Origin: Raja brachyura
Taxonomy: Eukaryota
Assembly (NCBI GenBank): GCA_963514005.1
Contig: OY740800.1
Coordinates: forward strand, 17,794,001 to 17,858,000
Length of the DNA stretch: 64,000 nt
Direction of reading: 5' to 3'
In this document: positions 26,591 to 39,552 of the stretch, piece by piece
How positions within the stretch are numbered: position 1 is the first letter of the stretch
Layout: the number at the start of each line of letters is the position of its first letter
The notes under the pieces: model-generated
What the model saw: only the letters and a program-made list of their open reading frames with translations
Database searches by the model: none
What the model was told of the DNA's origin: nothing
Made by a program: the position numbers and the translations under genes

Positions 26591-27671
26591 TCACGTTTCA
26601 ACAATAATAACTCCAAATGTCGGCCTCCTGTTTAACAATGGCCTTAATGATTCAAACGTGATTTCCTAAGTTCAAAGTGCTCATTTATAGATCTCATGAC
26701 TCACGGAGGTATAATTTATAGAAGCCTCTTTTCCTAGCAGGTGGGATGTACATAGGGGTTTGGAGCAAAGATCCCAAAATAAAGTCAATGTTAACATGAA
26801 CTGAAACAAAAAAAGATTTAAAGATAGCATGAAGGGAAAGTATAATCAGATCAAGGGGCAGCAAAGAACAGGGCAGAATGACTTGGGTAATTGAGGTTTA
26901 TTTGCTTACATGGGAGAGGGGCAGGTAAATTCATTTGGGTACCTTGGTATTGCGAGAATATAAATAGCAACAGTGAAGGTAAACAGAATAACAAGTGCAG
27001 GAGTTTCAGGTGAAACAAATTAACATAGGCATGAAGAGAGAAGCAGCATTGCTGAGCAAACATCAAGTAAGGTAATAGATCGGCGCAGTGGCAAATAACA
27101 GTGGAAACTGGCAGATAATAAAACAAGAATTATAAGTGAAAAGCAGATGTGGGAAGGAAGGAGTGGCATATAACATGGAATAGAATGTTTTTACTGACGA
27201 CATACATATGAAATGGGCAGTATCTCCATCATCCTTTTGTAAGTATGGTACTTCATTCATTAAAAACCTTCCATTCACACATACATTTACTATAAAATTT
27301 GTCGCCCACACGCACAACTTGTTACACATGTTCTGCTTGTAAAGATAGATATCCTTTGGCACATTGTGAGCTTTACCTTGGGAGATTGTTGCAGCACAGA
27401 AAGTAGTGAGTTAGCCCATCACGCTTGTGTCAGGCTTGTAGCTTTGTATCTAAACTTCATTCAATTTTCTGATTTCTTCACCATGTGTCTTTTTTCCTTA
27501 TTTATGTCCACATTGAAAGCTCATATTAACTCTTCTTCCATCATTCATTTAGGTAGTGAACCTTTAGTTCTAAGTATATACAAGGGCATTTTTAGAAGCC
27601 AAATTGTCTACTTTTTTAAGTATTAAGAATGTTCTCAATAGATTTCAAACTTGTTTGAGAATAAGAGTGGA

Positions 27672-28005
27672 AATGGCATAGCCAGTAGTGCTGCTGCCTC
27701 ACGTACCTAGCCACCAATATTCAATCCTGACATCTAATGCTATCTATGTGTAGTTTTCATTAGCTCCATAAGACCGCACTGGTTAACTTCCAGTGTTCCA
27801 GTTTCCGATCATGGCCCAAGAATGCACAGGTTGGCGGTTTAATTTTCTGGTGTAAATTGCCCCCACCAAGCCCCCAAAATCTGAAGGGAATTGATGGAAA
27901 TGTGGAGAGAAAATAATTGGTTAGGGTACAATTAATGTAGAAATTGGTATTTGATGGTCAGCGTGGCCTTGGTGTGCCAAATGGGTGTTTCAATGCTGTA
28001 TCCTT
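27672..28005 (+). mobile_element. Old HE1/V-SINE-like SINE
   Basis: Degenerate head gtgctgctgcctcac...ttcaatcctgac, core and tail. Confidence 0.6.
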
Positions 28006-28141
28006 CTTTAACTCTCTACATTGCATGCTTGATTGGTATCAATTTAATTGCATTTAATTTATTTGTGTATTGAAAGTAATGAATGGAACATTAAATAAAT
28101 GCACATTTTGTTCATCTTATGCTGTTCATCTGCTATCTAAG

Positions 28142-28420
28142 ATTTTAGACTTCAAGACAATTTTCTTGAAACTCCATGCACCCTGGGAAGTCCTCTGTCG
28201 TTACGCTGAAGTCCTTCACATAAAACTACCTCTATTTTGCAATGATTTAAAACCGAAGACCTCCACATTTAACTGCATCACCAAGCTTTTTTCAGTGGAT
28301 GAAGAAAAAATTCCACCAGAGGATGAATATTTCACTGCACCATTTGAGATGAACCGTATAAAAAGTTTCCACACTCAAAATCGTGATACCTTTTTCACAC
28401 CAGCAACTCGAAGCAGGATA
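28142..28420 (+). CDS. ANO6: ANO6 exon (~5)
   Basis: aag|ILDFKTIFLKLHAPWEVLCRYAE...FFTPATRSRI|gtaagt; 279 nt. Confidence 0.93.
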
Positions 28421-28647
28421 GTAAGTCATTGATCACTATTTCTCATGCTGCATTTATATTTTAAAATACTTGCTCATATCTATACATTCACAATAGAATC
28501 TTGTTCAATTAAGCTTGTGGCATCCCTTTGGCAAATAGCTCATTTGGAACAAAAGGGGTAAATAAAGAACGATTTACATTTTTGTTTGATTATCATATTT
28601 TCTAGTTTTAGTTTTCAATTATAGGAGCATAAGGAGTAGGCCATTTA

Positions 28648-28908
28648 GAACGGAGACAAGAAAACACTTTTTCTCATAGAGAGTGGTGAGTCTGTGGAAT
28701 TCTCTGCCTCAGAGGGCTGTGAAGGCAGGTTCTCTGGATGCTTTAAAGAGAGAGCTAGATAGGGCTCTTAAAGATAGTGGAGTCAGGGGATATGGGGAGA
28801 AGGCAGGAACGGGGTACTAATTGGGGATGATCAGCCATGATCACATTGAATGCCGGTGCTGGCTCGAAATACCAAATGGCCTACTCCTGCCCCTATTGTA
28901 TATTGTCT
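28648..28908 (+). mobile_element. CR1 LINE 3' end
   Basis: RVVSLWNSLPQRAV...FKRELDRAL, then 3' UTR and ctattgt tail. Confidence 0.8.
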
Positions 28909-28988
28909 AAATGAACAATTTAAACATTTTTGCATTCTCACGCTGAGTATTTTTTTTCTTGAAATCAATATTCAACTTAATTTTGCAG

Positions 28989-29099
28989 GTCAATTATATT
29001 TTGAATCGCAGTGTATATAAAAGAGGAAAACCCAGCAAGTTTGGTATCACTAAACTTCTGGACTCAAAGACATACAAAGCAGCTTATACACTCCATGAT
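28989..29099 (+). CDS. ANO6: ANO6 exon (~6)
   Basis: cag|VNYILNRSVYKRGKPSKFGITKLLDSKTYKAAYTLHD|gtaagt; 111 nt. Confidence 0.92.
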
Positions 29100-29698
29100 G
29101 TAAGTAAATGTAGGCAATTCATTGTTTCTCAGCACTTGTCATCTAATTATTGGAATTAATACATACAAAACAAATAGTTAAGTATTTGTACATTGGACAG
29201 AATTCCTCTAATTTTCATGACGCAGAGATTTGTTTATATACACTTTTTTGTATGACATAAATCAGCATATGTTGAACCATATTGGTGTAAGAATACCAAC
29301 AGACAGTTTTGACACACTGAAATTATAGATTCTTGGGCAATTTTATAACTTGACTTCATAAAAATATACATCTCATTGTCTCCACACCAATTAATAGTAT
29401 GGTACTGTCCCAGAGTCTTATTCACCTACAAACCTACAGTTGTGTGAGTCTGGAGCAGTAAGGACTTTTTTTGTTCTTTCATACATAAAATGTAAGTAAA
29501 CATGTAAGAATTACCAGCCCAAGCCAAGCTCTGTCCATTAAAATCTGTAAAGTATAAGTTAGCAATTTAACAGAAGTATTTTGTCTCAGCCCTATCAATA
29601 TTTTGGAAAGGATATTTCTGAAGAGTGAGGCAACAAATATTGCTAAAACTAATATTCAGGTTTCTTAATAAGGTATGGTACATACTTATCTCTTCCAG

Positions 29699-29814
29699 TG
29701 TAAATTCAACCAGAAATCGTCAGACCCATTGTGTCCCAATGAAAGGTTCCTTCTATACCAGGAGTGGGCTCATCCCAAGAACTTTTACAAACTGCAGCCT
29801 TTGGACCTCATCAG
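29699..29814 (+). CDS. ANO6: ANO6 exon (~7)
   Basis: cag|CKFNQKSSDPLCPNERFLLYQEWAHPKNFYKLQPLDLI(R)|gtact; 116 nt; not shown in frame in the ORF track. Confidence 0.93.
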
Positions 29815-30399
29815 GTACTTCTTCCTTCATCTGTAACTTAAAAGACTACATTTAGAATATTACATCTGCATCCAACAAAAAACATTTCAAGGTTGTCGAG
29901 AGTTGGTAAATCTGTGACATCGCAATGAAAATATGCAGTGCCTGTCAGTCATCTGAAATATTAGTAAATTATATAATTTATGCCTTTGAAGCAATGACTA
30001 ATTTCAAAAAATGTAGTAATAAGCTATAAATAAGCAGCTGGTAAGATTCAACAGAAATTCAGTACAGTAAATTCCAACGTAGTAACATTTAATAATATAG
30101 GAAAATTGTTATTTTGTTCATTGTTTATACCCATAGCCTTTATCCAGCCAGTGGCTTTCAAGAGTCATGAGGAAAGAGTGTTTAACTGGCATATGCACTG
30201 GGAACGAAACAGTGACATTCTTACTTGATGCAGCTTTACAGGCACATTTACATAATAATACAACAAAAAATATACAATAATCAATGATATAATACCTTAA
30301 TAATCAGCAATGCTAGGTAACTAGACCATAATAGTATTAAAAACTGAAGTACATAGTGCAACTAAACCAAAACCCATAGAAGATCTTTGCTTTGGTAGG

Positions 30400-31325
30400 A
30401 TTGTGGTTAAAGTTGTGCAGTGTGGTTTAAGAGCCTAGTGGTTACTGGAAAGAAGCCATCTTGAACCTGGGCATCATGGTTCTCTGGCCTCTGTACTGCC
30501 TTCCTAATAGTTCTAGGTAGATGAGAGCCTGGACAGGGTGGTACGGGTCTTTGATGATGTTAAATGCCTTTTTGAGGCAGCACTTCCTGTAGTCTCTTCA
30601 ATGGTATGGAGGTCAATGCTCCTGATGGAGTGGACTAAGGTATAAATCCAAAGTGGTTCTGCTGTATCCTTTGAACCTGGGCATTCGAGTTACCAAACAA
30701 GCTGTGATACAACCAATCAGTATGCTCTCTTCTGCATACCTGTAGAAGTTCGATAGAGTACTTTGTGACATGCTGAATCTCCTCAATCTTCTAAGGAAGT
30801 AGAAGCATTGATGAGCTTTTTTGTAATTGCATCAATGTGCTGGATCCAGAAAAATCCTCAGATATGCATGCCTTTGATCTTGACGTTCTTGACGTGTTGG
30901 TCCAGCTACCACAAAGCAAGAATGTTGTCTGGCACCATTCAATCAGAAAATCAACCTCCCTCCTCTACTCTAACTCATTACCCATTGTTCGTCAAACAAT
31001 AATGATATGGTCAGCAAATTTAAAGATGATGTTGGAACTATGTTTAGCAATACAATCATGGGTCCAATGAGGGAGTAGAGAATGGGACTGAGCACACTAA
31101 CTTCGAATGCTTATACGTTGATGGTTATCAAGGAGGAAGCATTGCCAATTCGTTCTGGCTGATGAGGAGGTGAAGAATCCAATTGTGGTCTGCTGATGTG
31201 GAAGACGAGGACCCAATTACGTAGGCACAAGTAGAGACATAGTTTCATGAGATTGATACGTTTGGAGGGGATGGCAGTGTTAAACGCTGAGCTGTAGTCA
31301 ACAAACAACAGCCTAATGTACATAT
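30400..31325 (-). mobile_element. Old Rex1/Babar-like LINE RT fragment
   Basis: YIRLLFVDYSSAFNT.IPS and KFADHIII remnants on the - strand; multiple frameshifts. Confidence 0.72.
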
Positions 31326-31777
31326 CAGCTGACAGATTTGCCGGATTAATCTCCAGGTTCCTTGGAACGCATCCCTGCAAGTAACAAGGACTTCCTTCCA
31401 ATTAGTTAATGATTGTAATTTTTCATGCCTTCAACATGTAGTCGTCATGGCCTCTGCTCAGCACAGCATTCTTGTCCTGACTCAGGTCAGAATTGAATGA
31501 GTGAAACACAGAGCAGCCTAATCTTCTGCCAGGCTTTTGCGATCTAGTATGCCAACCACGTTACTGCCACACCTTTTGTGGTTTAAAAAAAACCTGTTTA
31601 TCCTGTTTCATTTGGGATCATTTTAACCAACCAACAAAGTGCAGGAGAGGATTCAAGATTCAAAATTAAGTTCAGTACAAGTCTCCACCTGTTGTGCATA
31701 TTTACATATGTATCATGCCAGATACTATTTTTACAGCAAACTTTGCTAAACTGAAGCAACTTTAAAGTGGGAGGATA

Positions 31778-32065
31778 TTTTAGTTTAGTTTAAAGATACA
31801 ATGTGGAAACAGGCCTTTAGGCCCATCTAATCCACGATGACCAACAGTCACCCATACACTAGTTCTGTCCTACACTCCAGAGACAATTCAGTAAGTGTGA
31901 GAGGAATGTGAGAGGAAATTGGAGCACGGAGAAACAGGGAGTCGCAGGGAAAATGCAGTCACAGGGGAAATGTGCAAACTCTGTTCAGACAGCACCCATG
32001 ATCAGAAATGATCCCGGGTCTCTGGCACCGTAAGGCAGCAATTCTTTTGCTGCGCCGCTGTGCTA
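31778..32065 (-). mobile_element. HE1/V-SINE-like SINE
   Basis: tttagtttag tail through to the tRNA-like head (ccttacggtgccagagacccgggatc on -). Confidence 0.75.
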
Positions 32066-32104
32066 CTCCAATTTAATTTTACAGTGTTTTAAATTAAGTA
32101 TTCG

Positions 32105-33795
32105 ATACAAGAAACTGCAGATGCTGCTATACTTTAAAAAAACGAAATGCTGGAGCAACTCAGCGCATCAGGCAACATCACTGGGTGACATTATAGGTGA
32201 TGTTTCATGTTGGGACCCTTCTTCAGACAAATTGTGATATGGGGGTGAAAGCTAGAAAAGGGAGGGGGTAGAGAAGAAGAGGTGGGGTGGCAGGGGAGGA
32301 TTTAGGTTGTTACCTGTCATACAATGTTCATAACTTTGGGTTGTACGCCAACCAAGCAGAATATGAGATGTTATTCCTTCATTCTGGCAATGGAGGAGGC
32401 CCAGGACAGGAAAGTTGGTACAGGAAGGGTAGTTGGAATGGTTAACAGCCCAGAGTGTACCCGGACGTGGCGTCGAAGGACGAGATGCCGAAGCGAAGAA
32501 GTGGAAGCCAAAGAACTGAACGGAAACGACACTGAAAAGCCAATAACCGAAAGGGCGGATCGCCGAAAAGCCAACTGACCGAACGATGCATCGCCGAAAA
32601 CCCAAATAACGGACATGACGTCGCTGGGGGGCGGGACTTATCAGCGATTGGTCCAGACCTCCGTGTCCATCACGTCACTGGCTGGGGGAGACGGGAGGAT
32701 GGGTGTCATTTATAATATTCCTTTGCAGCTTTTGTACTTTCCTGAATATAAACTAAAACCCCGTGCAATTGAAAGTTTTGATTGATTTAACAAAATAATA
32801 ATCCAAATTGGTTCCAATATCTTTGATATTTACATTAACTGTAACAATTATATTTTGACTACCACAATACTTTACATACACTACTGTGCATCTTGAAGGC
32901 CAGTGGTCCTTTTGGGGGTGAATCGAGAAACCAGTCGAAAAAAAAACTTTTTTTAAAGAATATCTTAGCTCCCTGAGTCAGTTCAGTGATATGAGTCAGG
33001 GGTCGTGGAACGTTTTTGAAAGTGGGGAGGCTGAGCGATCACTGATCACCGCCCTAGGGGGTACCCGGTGAGGGAGCGTGGCGACCGAGCGAAGGAAGGG
33101 TGGCACAATTATTATTCCGTGGACCCCTCAGCTGGGGGGAGGATGGCACAATTATTATTAAGTTGGAAGAATTCTGCTTACTGGGAATAAAGATCTGAGA
33201 CAGCGCAGCGCAGGCACTTCCCGTCTCTCGAGCGTGCACGTTGACACTAACTCACGCCGATTCACACTTACATGTGCCGGGGAACCGGGGGGGCTGCAGC
33301 CCCTTCACTTTTTTGGCGAGACATGCTTCCTCACTCAAAATTATCCGGCTCACAGGCGTATTTGTCTCTTCTGAGGACCTCTGATGGATGCGGGGTTCTG
33401 AACCAATCACTGACAAGTCCCTCCCCTCGGCGACATCATGTCCGTTATTTGGGTTTTCGGCGATGCGTCTGTTCAGTCAGTTTGCTTTCCTGCAATCCGC
33501 CCTTTCGGTGAGTTGGCTTTTCAGCGATCCACCCTTTCAGTGAGTTGGCTTTTCAGCGATCCACCCTTTCAGTGAGTTGGCTTTTCGGCGTAATTTCTGT
33601 TCGGTTAATTGGCTATTCGGCGATCCGTTCTTTTCGGTTATTTGGCTTTTCGGCGTCATTTCCGTTCGGTTATTTGGCTTCCACTTCTTTGCTTCGGCTT
33701 CTTGTCCTTCGACGCCACGTCCGCACACGGCCCAGAGATCCAGCAGGTGTCGGCGGAAATTAATGCAAGTGTTCGACAAACCAGTTGCAGGTGTC
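32105..33795 (-). mobile_element. Penelope-like remnant (GIY-YIG C-terminus plus terminal repeat), split by the 32456-33729 insertion
   Basis: Removing the insertion and one TSD gives WFVEHLH*FRRHLLDLWAVNHSNYPS..VLGLLHCQNE on -. Hammerhead-like gtctgaagaagggtcccaacatgaaacatc on - at ~32199-32228. Confidence 0.65.
32456..33729. mobile_element. Foldback-like non-autonomous DNA transposon with long repetitive TIRs
   Basis: Arms ~32456-32672 and ~33382-33729 are reverse complements built from ~32-bp units. Perfect flanking repeat gcccagag at 32448-32455 and 33730-33737. Confidence 0.82.
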
Positions 33796-34151
33796 ATATT
33801 TAGTGCAGAGGAAGTTATAGGTGGAGGCCAATCATTTTTGGAGGCCAATCATTTCTGCTCCAGACATTGTTGAAGAGTTCCTCAGGTCATTACTCAACCA
33901 ACTATCTTCAATTACTTTATTTATTGAGACTGTTTGCTGATGATTATACCACATTCAGTTCCATTTATAACTACTCAGATAATGTAATATCTGCCTATGC
34001 AGAGGTCAAGTCATTGTAAAGTCTGGAACTGATATGATGTGCACTCAACAATTGCGTACGATAATCCCCACGAACAAAAGCATCCCTAACCACATCCTGT
34101 TGACACGCAATGCTATTACCATTGTAAAATTCCCCAATATTGATATCCTAA

Positions 34152-34979
34152 CGGGCCTGTCCCACTTAGGCGATTTTTCAGGCGATTGCCAGCGATTAAC
34201 AAGTTGCCGGCACTCGCCTGAAAAACCAGCAACTGGAATGGCGACTGTCAGAGTGGAACACACACATGCACATCGCTTCCTTCACCAGCCCATTATGCAG
34301 GCGGGGGACAGGGGGCGCTGTCTGAGTGAAATTCACATGGTGCAAAGCCAATGTGATACAGACACACACTAAGGGTCTCGACCCGAAACGTCGCCTATCT
34401 CCTTCGCTCCTTAGATGCTGCTGCACCCGCTGAGTTTCTCCAGCTTTTTGTGTAACCCATGATGAACAGGAAGGTTGGCGCTGTAATTAAGATGGCTAAG
34501 CACAGTGTACGGTAAGTCCTTTAAAAGGGGGGGGGAGGGGGGAGAAGGAGTGGAGACAAATTTTAAGAAGCCAGAGATACACGGCTGTGAAGCTCGGCGG
34601 ACATTAACATTAGCAGTCGGTTATTCCTTGGTTCTAAAAACCACTGCTGACGTTTATTTTTCCCAATGAGCCAATGAAATTCACCGGTCAGCACCAGCTA
34701 CAAACTACGAGAACCTAGGAGAACCTTCAACCTCCTGACAACCAACTCTGACCTTCTGGTAACCCACCTATGGCACGAGAATTCTCGCTACTCTCCATGG
34801 CGGTTTCATTCTGGTCACTGCTAATTTTTCAATAGTTCTAGTTCTAGTTCCCAGAATGCGGAACTCCTCGCGACCATGAAGGCGACACCCCGGCAACCAC
34901 CCGCGAACATGTGGCGACCATGTGGCGACTGCATAGTCTCCCGCTGTCACCTAGAAATTTGCCTAATAGGACAGGCCCA
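34152..34979. mobile_element. PIF/Harbinger-type non-autonomous element (copy 1)
   Basis: TIRs gggcctgtcccacttaggcgattt / aaatttgcctaataggacaggccc, flanked by TAA and TAG. Contains a Penelope-type insert at ~34370-34458. Confidence 0.75.
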
Positions 34980-37092
34980 TAGGTTTTACCCTTGACTTGA
35001 AACTTCATCAATAATATGCAGCTCGGGAGAGAGATACTTTGCAGAAATTAACTCGGCTCTTGACTTCTCAATGCTCTTCCAATGGAAAGCAAAAGTGACG
35101 AGTGTTTTGAAATGGTCATTACCTCTCTGGATGACTACAGTTCTAAAAACAATTAAGAAACTCACAGGGTCTAAGATAAAGCAACCAGATTGACAGTAAA
35201 TATTCATTTCGGTCATCAAAGCTCATTTGAGAGGAACACTGAATATTTCTTGGAGGAAAGTTTATTTGGCCTGTTCAGTCCAAATTTGCATATGTAAAAG
35301 GAATCCAAATGGTTCCACTCATCCACACCCTTTCCATTACCTTGCAAATTCTTTTAGATGTTTAGCCTGTTCCATTTTGAATATTACAATGCATCTGTTT
35401 CCAAATCTACCTCTCACTATGCATTCCAGACCCTAACCATTTGCTTTTCCACAAGTCATACTTCTGACGTCAGAGTATGCATTCTACCTCCAGGTGTGCG
35501 TGGTAAAGAAACCGCACTCCAAAGTTGTTCATATTCTTATTTTGGACATACAACACCCTTCCTCATTTCAACAAGTCCTGGAACTAACTTCTTATAACAA
35601 TGTGCAAGTACATGCACGCATCCACCAGCAGCAAATCAAACAGGTGGCTAACCATTACATTTTGAAAGATATGTAGCAAATGACCATAAATACTGCACTT
35701 GCCCGCAGTGTCCACAGTCCTTAATTAATCATCTTATTGAGAGTATCAGATCAAATTACATCTTAAATATCCACTTTACAAATCTCTTTGTGTCCACCAC
35801 TGTGCATTATATTTAAGCTGTGCAGCGGAGATGGAAATAGCATAAATGTATTACCATTTCTTAGTTTTGTCTGCTTTCTCAATTAGATTTCCAATGCTCT
35901 TTAAACAATTGGTTCCAACAGATTTACTTTCTAATGCATGAATTTATATTGTGGGAAATTAGGTGTAAGACCTTCAGGGAGCAAATCTTTTGTTGATGTT
36001 AATGAGCTTATCTGGTATTATGTTTTTATACATGCCGCTGAGTGGAGGCAAATAATTGCCATAAAATCCTTTTACACTAATTGAGTTAATGCAGAAAAAT
36101 ACTTTGCGCTAAGCTGAAAAGAAAATTGAGAAAAGATTAAAGATTTCCCTCTCAGTGAAAGTAAAATATATGAAAGGAAAGCATAATTTATTTTTTTATA
36201 TTGATATTGTAATCAATAGGTCAATATACAATAACTGTATCTAATAACATTTGAAAATGCAACAAAAAAAAAGATTATTTGATAAAATGAGAAGTTTCCA
36301 ATGCTGCTGACAAACATAGTTTGATTTCGTTTAGAGATACAGCGCAGATACAGGCCCTTCAGCCCACCGAGCCGACCAGCAATCTCCGTACAGTAGCACT
36401 ATCCTACAAACTGGGAACAATTTACAATCTTTACCGAAGCCAATTAACCTACAAGCCTGTTCGTCTTTGGAGTGCGGGAAGAAACCAGAGCACCTGGGGA
36501 AACCCATGCGGTCACGGGGAGAACGTAAAAATTCCACACAGACAGCACACAACTCATTCGGCGATCCGTTCTTTTCGGTTATTTGGCTTTTCGGCGTCAT
36601 TTCCGTTCGGTTATTTGGCTTCCACTTCTTTGCTTCGGCTTCTTGTCCTTCGACGCCACGTCCGCACACGGCCCAGAGATCCAGCAGGTGTCGGCGGAAA
36701 TTAATGCAAGTGTTCGACAAACCAGTTGCAGGTGTCATATTTAGTGCAGAGGAAGTTATAGGTGGAGGCCAATCATTTTTGGAGGCCAATCATTTCTGCT
36801 CCAGACATTGTTGAAGAGTTCCTCAGGTCATTACTCAACCAACTATCTTCAATTACTTTATTTATTGAGACTGTTTGCTGATGATTATACCACATTCAGT
36901 TCCATTTATAACTACTCAGATAATGTAATATCTGCCTATGCAGAGGTCAAGTCATTGTAAAGTCTGGAACTGATATGATGTGCACTCAACAATTGCGTAC
37001 GATAATCCCCACGAACAAAAGCATCCCTAACCACATCCTGTTGACACGCAATGCTATTACCATTGTAAAATTCCCCAATATTGATATCCTAA

Positions 37093-37921
37093 CGGGCCTG
37101 TCCCACTTAGGCGATTTTTCAGGCGATTGCCAGCGATTAACAAGTTGCCGGCACTCGCCTGAAAAACCAGCAACTGGAATGGCGACTGTCAGAGTGGAAC
37201 ACACACATGCACATCGCTTCCTTCACCAGCCCATTATGCAGGCGGGGGACAGGGGGCGCTGTCTGAGTGAAATTCACATGGTGCAAAGCCAATGTGATAC
37301 AGACACACACTAAGGGTCTCGACCCGAAACGTCGCCTATCTCCTTCGCTCCTTAGATGCTGCTGCACCCGCTGAGTTTCTCCAGCTTTTTGTGTAACCCA
37401 TGATGAACAGGAAGGTTGGCGCTGTAATTAAGATGGCTAAGCACAGTGTACGGTAAGTCCTTTAAAAGGGGGGGGGGAGGGGGGAGAAGGAGTGGAGACA
37501 AATTTTAAGAAGCCAGAGATACACGGCTGTGAAGCTCGGCGGACATTAACATTAGCAGTCGGTTATTCCTTGGTTCTAAAAACCACTGCTGACGTTTATT
37601 TTTCCCAATGAGCCAATGAAATTCACCGGTCAGCACCAGCTACAAACTACGAGAACCTAGGAGAACCTTCAACCTCCTGACAACCAACTCTGACCTTCTG
37701 GTAACCCACCTATGGCACGAGAATTCTCGCTACTCTCCATGGCGGTTTCATTCTGGTCACTGCTAATTTTTCAATAGTTCTAGTTCTAGTTCCCAGAATG
37801 CGGAACTCCTCGCGACCATGAAGGCGACACCCCGGCAACCACCCGCGAACATGTGGCGACCATGTGGCGACTGCATAGTCTCCCGCTGTCACCTAGAAAT
37901 TTGCCTAATAGGACAGGCCCA
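37093..37921. mobile_element. PIF/Harbinger-type non-autonomous element (duplicated copy)
   Basis: Same as 34152-34979, inside the second unit of the tandem duplication. Confidence 0.75.
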
Positions 37922-39258
37922 TAGGTTTTACCCTTGACTTGAAACTTCATCAATAATATGCAGCTCGGGAGAGAGATACTTTGCAGAAATTAACTCGGCT
38001 CTTGACTTCTCAATGCTCTTCCAATGGAAAGCAAAAGTGACGAGTGTTTTGAAATGGTCATTACCTCTCTGGATGACTACAGTTCTAAAAACAATTAAGA
38101 AACTCACAGGGTCTAAGATAAAGCAACCAGATTGACAGTAAATATTCATTTCGGTCATCAAAGCTCATTTGAGAGGAACACTGAATATTTCTTGGAGGAA
38201 AGTTTATTTGGCCTGTTCAGTCCAAATTTGCATATGTAAAAGGAATCCAAATGGTTCCACTCATCCACACCCTTTCCATTACCTTGCAAATTCTTTTAGA
38301 TGTTTAGCCTGTTCCATTTTGAATATTACAATGCATCTGTTTCCAAATCTACCTCTCACTATGCATTCCAGACCCTAACCATTTGCTTTTCCACAAGTCA
38401 TACTTCTGACGTCAGAGTATGCATTCTACCTCCAGGTGTGCGTGGTAAAGAAACCGCACTCCAAAGTTGTTCATATTCTTATTTTGGACATACAACACCC
38501 TTCCTCATTTCAACAAGTCCTGGAACTAACTTCTTATAACAATGTGCAAGTACATGCACGCATCCACCAGCAGCAAATCAAACAGGTGGCTAACCATTAC
38601 ATTTTGAAAGATATGTAGCAAATGACCATAAATACTGCACTTGCCCGCAGTGTCCACAGTCCTTAATTAATCATCTTATTGAGAGTATCAGATCAAATTA
38701 CATCTTAAATATCCACTTTACAAATCTCTTTGTGTCCACCACTGTGCATTATATTTAAGCTGTGCAGCGGAGATGGAAATAGCATAAATGTATTACCATT
38801 TCTTAGTTTTGTCTGCTTTCTCAATTAGATTTCCAATGCTCTTTAAACAATTGGTTCCAACAGATTTACTTTCTAATGCATGAATTTATATTGTGGGAAA
38901 TTAGGTGTAAGACCTTCAGGGAGCAAATCTTTTGTTGATGTTAATGAGCTTATCTGGTATTATGTTTTTATACATGCCGCTGAGTGGAGGCAAATAATTG
39001 CCATAAAATCCTTTTACACTAATTGAGTTAATGCAGAAAAATACTTTGCGCTAAGCTGAAAAGAAAATTGAGAAAAGATTAAAGATTTCCCTCTCAGTGA
39101 AAGTAAAATATATGAAAGGAAAGCATAATTTATTTTTTTATATTGATATTGTAATCAATAGGTCAATATACAATAACTGTATCTAATAACATTTGAAAAT
39201 GCAACAAAAAAAAAGATTATTTGATAAAATGAGAAGTTTCCAATGCTGCTGACAAACA

Positions 39259-39552
39259 TAGTTTGATTTCGTTTAGAGATACAGCGCAGATACAGGCCCT
39301 TCAGCCCACCGAGCCGACCAGCAATCTCCGTACAGTAGCACTATCCTACAAACTGGGAACAATTTACAATCTTTACCGAAGCCAATTAACCTACAAGCCT
39401 GTTCGTCTTTGGAGTGCGGGAAGAAACCAGAGCACCTGGGGAAACCCATGCGGTCACGGGGAGAACGTAAAAATTCCACACAGACAGCACACAACTCAGG
39501 ATCGAACCCGGGTCTCTGGCGCTATAAGGCAGAAACACTACCGCTGCATCAC
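39259..39552 (-). mobile_element. HE1/V-SINE-like SINE, full length; its copy at 36317-36556 is cut by the duplication junction
   Basis: Head gccttatagcgccagagacccgggttcgatcctgag on -, with core and tail. Confidence 0.82.

Larger units (their letters stand above)
33615..39497. repeat. Tandem direct duplication, 2 x ~2.94 kb (33615-36555 and 36556-39497)
   Basis: Identical ORF sets are offset by 2941/2942. The only difference noticed is a G9 versus G10 run (~34527 / ~37468). Confidence 0.97.

Noticed and set aside
33509-33680. Regular ~32-bp repeats resembling a CRISPR array
   Set aside because: No unique spacers, eukaryotic context, and mirrored in the opposite TIR arm.
39495-39552. tRNA-like A/B boxes here and in similar copies
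   Set aside because: SINE heads attached to SINE core and tail; no complete cloverleaf.
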